In this document: piece by piece, positions 18,577 through 27,902 of the stretch | Position numbering within the stretch: the stretch's first letter is position 1 | Layout of the letters: the number at the start of each line of letters is the position of its first letter | Source: Giardia intestinalis | Lineage: Eukaryota | Assembly (NCBI GenBank): GCA_000002435.2 | Contig: CM018793.1 | DNA: 64,000 nucleotides | Direction: 5' to 3' (one strand) | Program-made: the position numbers and the translations under genes | The notes under the pieces: generated by a model | Told to the model about the DNA's origin: nothing | Database searches by the model: none | The model's input: only the letters and a program-made list of their open reading frames with translations

Positions 18577-20604
18577 TCAATTTCTGTTCAGGCCAGTAAC
18601 GAACTTAAGCACTGTAGAACAATTAGCAATGCGATGTGCTTCCGTGCCGAAAAGCTGCGTATCCCGCAACCGTTGTGCAGTAGGAGAAGTTGTAGAGCCC
18701 ACAGGGTCGTGTGTAATAATGTCTGATTCGGAGCCATTTGAAAGAGTTATATTGTGGTGGAGAAGAGGCTCAACAGACAACAATATTTCGTCTAAATTGG
18801 ATGCGGAAGCATCTGCCTGGGCCCCCTGCCTGAGCACTACAAAGATATTGTAGTAGAGCCCTGCTTGTAGCTGTACAATGGGTTCGCTGTCCCTAACCAT
18901 TAGTTTAGCAAATACATCCGTCAAAACGGCCACCGTATCGTGTACCGAGTCAGTGGACGTGAATTCTTCATGCTCGTTTAGGCTATCTTTTAATAGACTG
19001 AAGTACCGTTGAAGTAGCAGGTGAAGAAGCATAAGCCGAAGTGCCGGGCTATACTTGCTAAATTTGCTTGATTTTGCCAAACTCATAGTAAATAGCTCTA
19101 GTGTGTGCTGCCTGTTAGCTTGATAGTACTGAAATATGCTCAATGATGCTTCTATCCCCCTCTCTGTCCTGACTAAGTAGAGAAGTGGCTCAAAAAAGGG
19201 TAACACATCAGCTACACTAGTGGGGTATGTCACCAAGAGCGTGCTTAATTGGACAACCATCTCCTCTATGACTGCCTGGACAGACGAGGAAATCGAGAGT
19301 TCATCTAAATCTGCACTCCCGTCTCTTGTGATGCGCTGTGCTGTCAAGTCGTTGCGGAAAGAGCTGAATAGTTCGCTATCAACTGAATTGAACAGCATGC
19401 TAGGCCGCTTGTCCATAGACTCGCCCAGCAGGGCTGAGAGGATGGATTTGAAAACATTCAGTATGCGCTCTGCAAACAGGCACAGTTTGACGGCAATCCT
19501 ACCGAAGGTTTCGATGCACCTCCTGATAATGTCGGGAGACATCTCATTCAAGACCCAGTTCCCCAATCCCACAATGATTTCCTTCGCATTTGTATTATTA
19601 GAAAGATAGTACAGGATGTCCAATTTGCACAGCTTTATCGCCTTTCCGTCCGTGTAGCACGGGATAAAGTACAGAACATGGCCATTAAACAAGCTAGGGT
19701 ACTGCTGGATCAGGGCGGGCAGGCTACTCAGGGTTACATAACGTAGTTCGAAAGAATTTGAAAGAGTAAGGGTGATTAAAACTAAAAGTAACTTGCTGAC
19801 CATCCCTTCTCTCAATTTTTTATCTGGAAGCACCTCGATTGTTCTTAGTATTATTCGCAGTGAGGATATTGCTACAGAGCCATCTGTGTGCTGCACCAAC
19901 AGGAATAAACACTCAATGACAGCTTTGGCGTCCTCCACCTCAGTGATGCACCAGCCATCAAGGACCTCTAGAAGTGCAAGCACGTTCCACAGTGACGCAT
20001 CGGAGGCCTTGCGAAGGAGATCTATGCACTGATCGAGGCTCAGCCTCTCCTTGTCTACAGCAAAGAGACACCGGGACGCCACAATTGCAACGTCTACTGA
20101 TTGGTCCTTGATCAAGGCATCCAAAATGTCTAGCAGTCCTGCCTCACAAGCCTTCTGAGCATCAAGCTTGAAGATGTTGGACACGCAAACCGCCACAGCA
20201 GACCTAACATACGCATTCTCATCAGATGCAGCCTTCTTAATACATACAGATACGTTCGCTATAATCTCTGGGGTGCAAATTTCGCCCAAGGTCCTTATGG
20301 CTTGCTCACGGATCATGGGGGTGTTGCCCTGAGTTGCCTTAGTTTCAAGGGCATTGACAGCCAAAAGCAAGGCTTGTGGATCTTTGCGTCCCACATATGT
20401 AAGAAATAAATGTGCTAGAGATACTACTTCTGGATTGGTGGCCTTCGCAACTTTCGCAACCGAGGGAACCAGTTGCCGTAGATCCACTCCCCGGGCTACA
20501 GCCCCCAATGCCTCCGTCAAGGCGTTGATTTTGCAGTCATCGGCCTTGTTTCCCAGGGCTTCTGTCCACTGTTGAATGTTTGTTGTTGAGCCCATTTCCT
20601 GCAA
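18577..20604 (-). CDS. Beta-adaptin (AP complex large subunit, adaptin N-terminal trunk). At 675 aa it is short and appears to lack a C-terminal appendage/ear domain.
   Basis: [51 protein letters not shown] matches beta-adaptin [87 protein letters not shown] matches [54 protein letters not shown] matches VRKAVRAIGRCAIKV. Confidence 0.8.
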   Translation of the reverse strand: [675 protein letters not shown]

Positions 20605-20663
20605 AATATATTAAAATATAAAATAGGTGCGTTTTTAAACTCTGGCGCAAAGAATTCGCAGAC

Positions 20664-22430
20664 ATGCCGCCCCACATCATTATCAACGAAACCATGGTGC
20701 TGTCCCAGCGGCAAGACCAGCCAGAAAAGAGGTACAAGATTCTCCCACCCTCGGAGTCAATAGAGGTGCTGCGCTCAAGAGTAGACCCTCTTGAGGAGCC
20801 GCAAGCTAATGGCAGCAAGAAATACAAAATTAGCAGGTCTATGCCCACTGAAAAACTTCTTGAAGAGCTAGCGCCAATGGACGCTCACGATCAGATTTCT
20901 GATCAGCGCGTTCTCCGTCAGAGAACTAGTTCAGCGCCAGGGAAGCCCCAGATTGCAGCCCAAGTGGGCATTGCCACTGCCATATCTCCCATAAAGGAGC
21001 GTCCTGCGTCATCAAATCCGGCTGTGCGCGCTGGTGGAGAGCTAGAGCCTACTGAATACGTAAATGATCTCAAGTCGATACAAGACCCCATAGTCGAGGA
21101 GCCTGAGTCGAGTATTCTGACCGATCAGCAAGAGCAGGGTAAAGTACCAGCGAAAAGATATCACATCTTAACGATGAAAGAGAAGATAGCCATTGCGCTT
21201 AGAAATGCAGAGCTACAGAACGAGTCGATGCAGGCACGCAATCCCCCAGCAGAAGACCGCTTCGGGGTGAGAGATCAGCTCAGACAGGAAGACACCCCGA
21301 TCTTCAAATCTGTCTTAGCCAGCGAGCCCTCTAAGAGGCAGGGCGCAGTAGGAAATAAGAGGTACCGGATTGTGCGCAAGTCTGACTATCTCAGAATCTT
21401 TAAGGAACAGTCTATGAAGAGTCATGCAGTTGAAGACTCCGTCCTCGATGAGCTGGCACAACATAACGACCTAGACACGATAGGAGCAGCCAGCAATCCA
21501 CAGTATCAGCAGTACTTAGAATTTCAAAACCAATTAGCAGAACGTCGTGCACGCATAGCTGCCGCTCAGCCGACTCAAAACAATCATGCTATGGATCCTC
21601 TCGAGCTAAACGCTCTTGCCCCAGGCTCAGAAGGGCCTAAAAAGAGCAAGCACATTTTGGAAGCGCTGAAGGCACAGACACGAATCCTAAATCAATTAAA
21701 GAAGATCAAGACGGATTCCATGGTTTCAGCACTTGCTGATGCAAGCATAGACACAGGCTATCCAGCACCACCAACCTCTCAGATGAATCACAACGATCTG
21801 ATGACCAACGAAGCTATACACAACGAGATTCTCAAACGCTTGCAGGCAGACTTAGTACAGACCAAGAGTAATCCACGATCAAAAGGGGCGCCACAAGCAA
21901 CCAGCGTGACAGAGAACTCCCTGCGTGAGTCAGACATAATCGCAGGCCAGACAGAGACAGCGGGAAAGCGCTCTACTTCGCAATCAAATGTGCATCGGCT
22001 CAAAGATAAGCCTCTTGTCGACTATACCCCACCTGGGTCTGTTAACGCCAGCCTAATACAGCATTCCCCTCGTCAAACGATGAGTATATCTACAGAGATA
22101 AATTTGCCCGTCCTCAGCAGGTCCTTTGTTAACCGCTTGCTCACTGAAGCAACCAAACGTCGCGAATTTGCCGAAGAATCAATCCATGCCATCCCAGAGT
22201 TAGGCATGCTGTTCCGCAAAGCTGACACAACTGCATCTAAATTCATAACCTCATTGTCCCAGGATATCTTATCCGAATTTGTAACTGTCGTCGCAAACGA
22301 AATTATCAATGCCTTTGAGGAGGTCGTGGTGGAAGAAGCAGGTGGTCTCGAAAACTTGTCTCGAGTGTTCTCGAGCCATTACTTCTCGAGAAAAGATATC
22401 GTTAATGAAATATGTAATTCCGGATTGTAA
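20664..22430 (+). CDS. Hypothetical basic protein with five internal repeats of a K(R/K)Y(K/R/H)I-anchored ~25-aa unit, unknown function.
   Basis: The units are EKRYKILPPSESIEVL, SKKYKISRSMPTEKLL, AKRYHILTMKEKIAIAL, NKRYRIVRKSDYLRIF and KKSKHILEALKAQTRIL. No catalytic motifs. Confidence 0.55.
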   Translation: MPPHIIINETMVLSQRQDQPEKRYKILPPSESIEVLRSRVDPLEEPQANGSKKYKISRSMPTEKLLEELAPMDAHDQISDQRVLRQRTSSAPGKPQIAAQVGIATAISPIKERPASSNPAVRAGGELEPTEYVNDLKSIQDPIVEEPESSILTDQQEQGKVPAKRYHILTMKEKIAIALRNAELQNESMQARNPPAEDRFGVRDQLRQEDTPIFKSVLASEPSKRQGAVGNKRYRIVRKSDYLRIFKEQSMKSHAVEDSVLDELAQHNDLDTIGAASNPQYQQYLEFQNQLAERRARIAAAQPTQNNHAMDPLELNALAPGSEGPKKSKHILEALKAQTRILNQLKKIKTDSMVSALADASIDTGYPAPPTSQMNHNDLMTNEAIHNEILKRLQADLVQTKSNPRSKGAPQATSVTENSLRESDIIAGQTETAGKRSTSQSNVHRLKDKPLVDYTPPGSVNASLIQHSPRQTMSISTEINLPVLSRSFVNRLLTEATKRREFAEESIHAIPELGMLFRKADTTASKFITSLSQDILSEFVTVVANEIINAFEEVVVEEAGGLENLSRVFSSHYFSRKDIVNEICNSGL

Positions 22431-22453
22431 ATCCAAGCATGTAAATCGAATTA

Positions 22454-25294
22454 CTATAATTTATTACGATTGAGGGTGGCCTGGACGGCTTCTCGCTGTG
22501 CATCAGTAGCGGTGGGTGATATGAGCATTATGTAGTCACGTGCGGTGCGGTTTTCTTTATCTATTAGCTTATATTCCATGGGATAAAGGATCTCTATAGC
22601 TGGTATGTTCATGAATTTCACAGCGAGCATCAAGGCTGTGGTGCCATTCTCGTCTTGAAGTGATGCCTGCATCGAGGCGAGGCACCACACTGAAATGATA
22701 TCGTTATCTATGACGGCCTGCATAAGCTCTGTGCGGCGGTTGCCAATTCTACTGCGATGGGGAACTTGAACGCCTTCGGAGTCCCGTAAGAGCTCTGCAA
22801 TCCTGTACCGTCCCATCATTATTGCGTGGTATAAAGCTGTGTGACCATTAACATCCTTCAGCCCTGCCTCAAAGGGTATCAAATCTTGCACAAATGTGTG
22901 TCTATTGTATTCAACAGCATACATGAGTGCAGTCTTCCCAGCGGATGTTCGTTGTTTTGCATATGATATCGACTCGTTAAACTTGCTAAAATTACACTCC
23001 ACGACAGCTATCATGAGTGGTGTGAGCTCGTCAATGTTTGGTGGGATCACAGGAGCGTTTGCATATTGAAGTGAGCGGGGCGGCGAGGTAGGAAGTGTTC
23101 TGCGCTCCAGGTCCTGACTTAAAATAGCACCAGACCACTTATCTGTGCTCATGCGGGGAGTTGATACTGAAGTGCCGTTAGCGTTCCTGGTAGCTATCTG
23201 TGATATTGTTGCATTTCCTACTCTCTGGTCAGCAACCAACTGCTGCAGGGCATCAATAGAGCTAGTTGATCTAGTGGCTACCGGCTGCAGTATATGAACA
23301 GATCTCCTGCTATCATATGGCGTAATGGATCTACTAGTACGAGAAGACATATCCCGAACTGGAGTATTGTTCTTACTGAGGGAGCCCAATCCAGTAATGC
23401 TGGTTCGCAGATGGTCAATCCCAGACGACTGTCCCGCCAGGCTTTTAATGGACGCCCCTGCTATGGCCTGTATCGATTGCGTGTTGGGGAGATTGTATAA
23501 AGTCTGCGATAAGCGTGCAGTGCTCCTGCCTCCAGTTTCAATCATAGAGCCAGTCAGAATGGTGCTATTAGCCATACCAGATAGTCGCGATTCTAGGACA
23601 GGATCGTCCATGGAGTTGTCCAATGGATGCATGCCGGAATACGCTAGCGTGGGCGAAAGACACCGCGGGACCTGTGGAGATGTAATGCTACGGTCCGTCA
23701 GCCGAATACTATCCTGGTTGAAACCGTCTTCCTCTGCTTTATAACTTAAATTGCTAAGATCAATACTCTGACGATTGCTCACAGTAGTGATGTGCAAGAT
23801 GGTGTCCTTTAACTGAGTGATCTTACGTTGCAGAGCCTCGTTTTCGGTCTTTAAAACCCTGGCCGCATTCTGTCTGGCGGCACTAAGTTTATAGAGCGAG
23901 TCATAATTTGCTCGATAGCGCTTAATGGCCTCTTCAGCCGTGTTTAGCCGCGCCTTTAGTGCAGAAATTTCTAGCTCATAGTTCTGCACCCACTGAACAT
24001 CCACCTGGACCGATCTGGAGACGGTAGGGACATTTGTTGCCATACCAGTCACGACCGCAGGTTGAGAGGGTATGGATTCGCGCAGCTGCTGCTTGGTAGC
24101 GCTGCCAGACCCAACAGAGCTACGGTGAACATCCAGTGAACAAATGTCTGCAGTGGGTGTATGCCTTCCAGAACCCTGGAGCAATGCATACTCTGGAGAC
24201 ACGTGACCGCTCTGTGTTGCTGCTGCAGCTTCCTGTATCCTCGACGATCGAAAATCTTTGCTGTTAATGTCGAGCTTCTTCTTTAGCTCGTCGTTTTGGG
24301 TGTGCAGCGCACAGCATTCTCGTTTATATCTCTCTACTTCTTCACTAAAGTAGGAGTCCATGAGCTGGTGGGACGTCACCTCCTCTAGCTTTCGCTTGAG
24401 ACGATCTATCTCTGCATTTTTCTCCATGATAACTTCATCGAATTTCTGAGTTACACTAGGACGATAATACAAAGACTTCAAGATCTTTATTTCTGCGTCC
24501 TTTTTAGCTACTATCTCAGAAAGTTTAAAAGGTTCCACTGAGTTAGTAGAAGGATCGTAACCATTACTATTAGTAGACGTCGTTTGGGCCTGAACTCCTT
24601 GATCTGTAACAGTCATTTTACATGCAAACAAGTTAAGATACTGCTCACATCGCTTGCAGGGGAAGTCCTTGGTAGCGGGAATCTTGCTCTTGAGCACATT
24701 CTCAAGAGTCGTAAGCCCGCGTCTGTTGGCCAAGAGGATTGCATGGCTAATATCGCTCTGCCGGATAATCTGCGAAGATAGTATGAGGTTCACAGCAGCG
24801 CTGCTTTTAGAAATTACCGCATAGTCTAGCGCATTCATGTTATATATGTCTGTTCGCAAAACGAAGTGCTGCCTAAGAGCGTTGAGAGCATCCACGCTTC
24901 CATGCTGTGCAGCAATCATATATGCGTCCTGGCCTCTGTAATTTGAGATGGATTTTTCTGCGGAGACAAGTATCTTGCAAAATATGGGGCGATTATTCGC
25001 TGCGGCAACCATAAGAGCAGTTTCATCCTGTGCATTCTTCAAGCCTGATTCCGTTCGCTCTAGCTCTCGAACTTGGGCCTCATCGTTATTACGAACCGCA
25101 TTGATCAGAGCACTATCCTTCAATAAACTCGGGCTCATTCGACTACTTAAAATGCTGCTCCCTGCCACCAGGGGAGATTTCGGTGTTTGGCTGGCGGCTG
25201 CAGGGTCTTTTGGAGCCAAACTCTGGGCAGGTAGCATTGACAGAACAAAATTTACCTGTTTTGCCTTTACCTTTTCTTTTATATTCAGTACCAA
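22454..25294 (-). CDS. Ankyrin-repeat plus coiled-coil protein (21.1-like), 946 aa, with ankyrin blocks at both ends.
   Basis: ETALMVAAANNRPIFCKILV, GQDAYMIAAQHGSVDALNAL, GKTALMYAVEYNRHTFVQDL, GHTALYHAIMMGRYRIAELL and GTTALMLAVKFMNIPAIEIL. Central coiled coil. Confidence 0.8.
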   Translation of the reverse strand: MVLNIKEKVKAKQVNFVLSMLPAQSLAPKDPAAASQTPKSPLVAGSSILSSRMSPSLLKDSALINAVRNNDEAQVRELERTESGLKNAQDETALMVAAANNRPIFCKILVSAEKSISNYRGQDAYMIAAQHGSVDALNALRQHFVLRTDIYNMNALDYAVISKSSAAVNLILSSQIIRQSDISHAILLANRRGLTTLENVLKSKIPATKDFPCKRCEQYLNLFACKMTVTDQGVQAQTTSTNSNGYDPSTNSVEPFKLSEIVAKKDAEIKILKSLYYRPSVTQKFDEVIMEKNAEIDRLKRKLEEVTSHQLMDSYFSEEVERYKRECCALHTQNDELKKKLDINSKDFRSSRIQEAAAATQSGHVSPEYALLQGSGRHTPTADICSLDVHRSSVGSGSATKQQLRESIPSQPAVVTGMATNVPTVSRSVQVDVQWVQNYELEISALKARLNTAEEAIKRYRANYDSLYKLSAARQNAARVLKTENEALQRKITQLKDTILHITTVSNRQSIDLSNLSYKAEEDGFNQDSIRLTDRSITSPQVPRCLSPTLAYSGMHPLDNSMDDPVLESRLSGMANSTILTGSMIETGGRSTARLSQTLYNLPNTQSIQAIAGASIKSLAGQSSGIDHLRTSITGLGSLSKNNTPVRDMSSRTSRSITPYDSRRSVHILQPVATRSTSSIDALQQLVADQRVGNATISQIATRNANGTSVSTPRMSTDKWSGAILSQDLERRTLPTSPPRSLQYANAPVIPPNIDELTPLMIAVVECNFSKFNESISYAKQRTSAGKTALMYAVEYNRHTFVQDLIPFEAGLKDVNGHTALYHAIMMGRYRIAELLRDSEGVQVPHRSRIGNRRTELMQAVIDNDIISVWCLASMQASLQDENGTTALMLAVKFMNIPAIEILYPMEYKLIDKENRTARDYIMLISPTATDAQREAVQATLNRNKL

Positions 25295-25362
25295 TGGGTA
25301 AGAGCGTCAGCCACGTCAGCCATTGATAGCTAAAGTAAGAGAATTTATTACAACGTAAGCAC

Positions 25363-27822
25363 TTAGTCTGTGATGTCTGGCCCATGACTCCTGGCCAATG
25401 GTGTTGATGTGCTTCTAGATTTGCTTAGCACAGTTCCATAAAACTCATAGGGGTTCGATTTCTTCACCATATCTGCGTTGTACTTGTTCAAAGGCGAGGA
25501 GTTGCGTATCCAGCAGTTGGAAATATCTGCAACGATGCTCTTTAGTGGCGAGCGTCCATCGGCAATAACGGGGGGTTGGTAGGATGACTTTAGCAAATAG
25601 CTAGTACTCTTATTTAGCTCAGCATTCCGCTTCCCGAAGAATGCCCTTGAGTCTTCTGAAAGCGCTGTATTGGCGTACTTGGCCTTCGATTCTGTAGGCT
25701 GCGAGGGTGCCAGCTCTACGTGAGTTGAGCTGTGAACTGATAGTGGCAGTTGCTTGCCAGAAATCACCGGCCTTTCTGCGCTCAATTTGATCATTTGGCT
25801 GATGATCGCCTCTGTGTTGGATCGCCTACTCCCATAGGTTAGTACATGCCTGGTTCCCCCGGGAGCACTAGTGGTACTGTTGTCACTGCCGTGGCTGACA
25901 AAGCTGATAGAGCTCAACGTTGTGGATGAAACATCACTTGGTGCACGGTGTTCAGCATCATCAGGTCTCTGTGGCAACTCGGCCAGTTTGTCCGAGGTGA
26001 AGGATGATATGCTAGATGCCTCACGAATAGCATTCTTGATGAAACTAGCAGTGTACTTGCTAGGGGAGTCTACGCCGTCCAAGTCTTTAGCGGAAAGAGA
26101 TCTCCCGAGCGCTTCCGCGTCATCTAGCATGTCCATATCCTCGTCGCCAGCTTTAGAGACAAGGGCACATGGTTCTACATTTACGACTACTATAGGTTCC
26201 GCAGTGGAAGCCATTGTGGTACCCTGGCACTCTTTGGGAAGGCTAGGAAATGAAGCCGCGTCTGGATCGGGTCTATCAAAGCCTTTGCCTCCCTTAGACA
26301 GAATAGTCTTAGAGTCTAGGTGCGCGGTCAAGTGGAGCTCTTGTATGGCATTTTCCAAGTACACTTTCTCTAGAATTGCTGTCTTTGCTATATGCTTCTC
26401 TTTGAGCAGCTCAACGAGGAAAACAGTCAAGTTAGAGAATAAGGTTTCTGTGAGCGACTGCGCACAGTGTATATTCTCAATGGTTGAGACATTGCTAACC
26501 ATGCGAATGAGCTCATCCGCAGTTTTTAGTGTGCTTTCCTTAACCTTGGCAGCAATATCCAGGTTCTCACTACCTCCATTCTCCAAGGTTAGTACTGTAT
26601 TTCGTAACTCTGTAATTAAATTTTCTACATAATCACCAACCATAGCTTTCTCTGCTTCTGCTGTGCCAGCCTCCTTATCAAGCCTTGTCCGTGCGCTTTC
26701 AGCAACCATGTCATTAAACTTATCTAATGCTTCGTCCCTTTCTGCTGTAATCTTCTGCAATTTTGCTGCCTGTTCATCAATCTCAGCCGTTGTAAGACGT
26801 AGCTTTTCCTTTACGGTCTCTAGATCTTCAGCGCACCTATCCAGTGTTATTTTCTTCCGTAAACATTCTGCACATTGAAGGCTAGTGCGCTTGAGTCCTT
26901 CATCCGCTCTATTCACAGTCGGCTCTGCGGCTGCACTGTCAGTCTGAATAGAGGCCTCACACAAGTCTAGAGCAGCTAATACTGAAAGGTCTATTGCCTC
27001 TGCTTTGCTCCTCTCTCTTTCCTCTGCATCGTGAGTCAATCTCTGAATTTCGGTCATGAAGGCACTCAGCGTCGACACACCAGACTCGACATCCTCTGCC
27101 AGTCTTTTGTTTCTTTGCTTTTCACTGGAGAGTGACGTCTTCAGACCTTTAATACGCTTAGAATAGAATGAAGTGAGCGCCTTTCCAAGGGCTGGTGTTC
27201 CTGCTGCCTTCTCAAGTAGTTCGCATACTAGTTCATCTACATTAGTGCTATCATCTGACATAGCACCTTTGACTTGGGCTATAAGTGCTTTCATGGTTGA
27301 TGAACTGAATTTGGCAAGTGTTGTGTCCTCGCCGTGAGGTGAAGCAGATATGGAAGACAGTGACGAAGGGTCATAGGTTGCTAATAACTCTATGACTTCC
27401 TTTGAAGTGTATTCAGAGGCTAATATCCGCGCCGCCTCCAAGTCATCCTGCAATAGCATTCTGTGCTGTAAGAAGAACTTAAGTGGCTCAACATTTCCAT
27501 GTATTATCGCCGTCTCGATGGGAGACATGCCATCCTCGTCTCTCTTCAGCCACGTTCTAATGAGGAATAACTCCAAAAAGTTCGTATTCTTTGCTTCCAC
27601 TGCATAATGCAGGGCAGTCCTTCCTCTAGGGTCGCAGATATGCAGACTGTGTGGCAACAGAAGAGAAGCAAGCTTTGAGGAAGGCTGTTGAGCGACCAGC
27701 ATTAGGGCCGTCTGCCCTGTAGAGTTCTTCTCGTCAGCATGCTTGCCAACCAACTCCTCTATCTGTTTAGAGTCTTCTAGAGTGAGTGCCTGCGACCAAT
27801 CGCTCTGAAATCCAGAAAACAT
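25363..27822 (-). CDS. Ankyrin-repeat plus coiled-coil protein (21.1-like), 819 aa. It is a tandem neighbour of the 22454-25294 paralog.
   Basis: GQTALMLVAQQPSSKLASLLLPH, GRTALHYAVEAKNTNFLELFL and SPIETAIIHGNVEPLKFFL ankyrin repeats, followed by a coiled coil and an S/T-rich C-terminal half. Confidence 0.75.
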   Translation of the reverse strand: MFSGFQSDWSQALTLEDSKQIEELVGKHADEKNSTGQTALMLVAQQPSSKLASLLLPHSLHICDPRGRTALHYAVEAKNTNFLELFLIRTWLKRDEDGMSPIETAIIHGNVEPLKFFLQHRMLLQDDLEAARILASEYTSKEVIELLATYDPSSLSSISASPHGEDTTLAKFSSSTMKALIAQVKGAMSDDSTNVDELVCELLEKAAGTPALGKALTSFYSKRIKGLKTSLSSEKQRNKRLAEDVESGVSTLSAFMTEIQRLTHDAEERERSKAEAIDLSVLAALDLCEASIQTDSAAAEPTVNRADEGLKRTSLQCAECLRKKITLDRCAEDLETVKEKLRLTTAEIDEQAAKLQKITAERDEALDKFNDMVAESARTRLDKEAGTAEAEKAMVGDYVENLITELRNTVLTLENGGSENLDIAAKVKESTLKTADELIRMVSNVSTIENIHCAQSLTETLFSNLTVFLVELLKEKHIAKTAILEKVYLENAIQELHLTAHLDSKTILSKGGKGFDRPDPDAASFPSLPKECQGTTMASTAEPIVVVNVEPCALVSKAGDEDMDMLDDAEALGRSLSAKDLDGVDSPSKYTASFIKNAIREASSISSFTSDKLAELPQRPDDAEHRAPSDVSSTTLSSISFVSHGSDNSTTSAPGGTRHVLTYGSRRSNTEAIISQMIKLSAERPVISGKQLPLSVHSSTHVELAPSQPTESKAKYANTALSEDSRAFFGKRNAELNKSTSYLLKSSYQPPVIADGRSPLKSIVADISNCWIRNSSPLNKYNADMVKKSNPYEFYGTVLSKSRSTSTPLARSHGPDITD

Positions 27823-27902
27823 TCAATTTTTGCACAACCCAAGAGTTGCGCTGATGAAACGGTTTTACTAGAAGTCTCTAATTTGGAACCACACTAGGCA
27901 CG

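Noticed and set aside
25871-26632. 253-aa plus-strand ORF, and many similar 60-140-aa ORFs (for example 28765-29184, 23325-23744, 19220-19609, 9076-9339), lying antisense inside large minus-strand genes.
   Set aside because: They are S/L/R-rich low-complexity shadow frames opposite coiled-coil or Ala/Glu-rich coding sequence. They have no motifs and are fully contained in well-supported genes.
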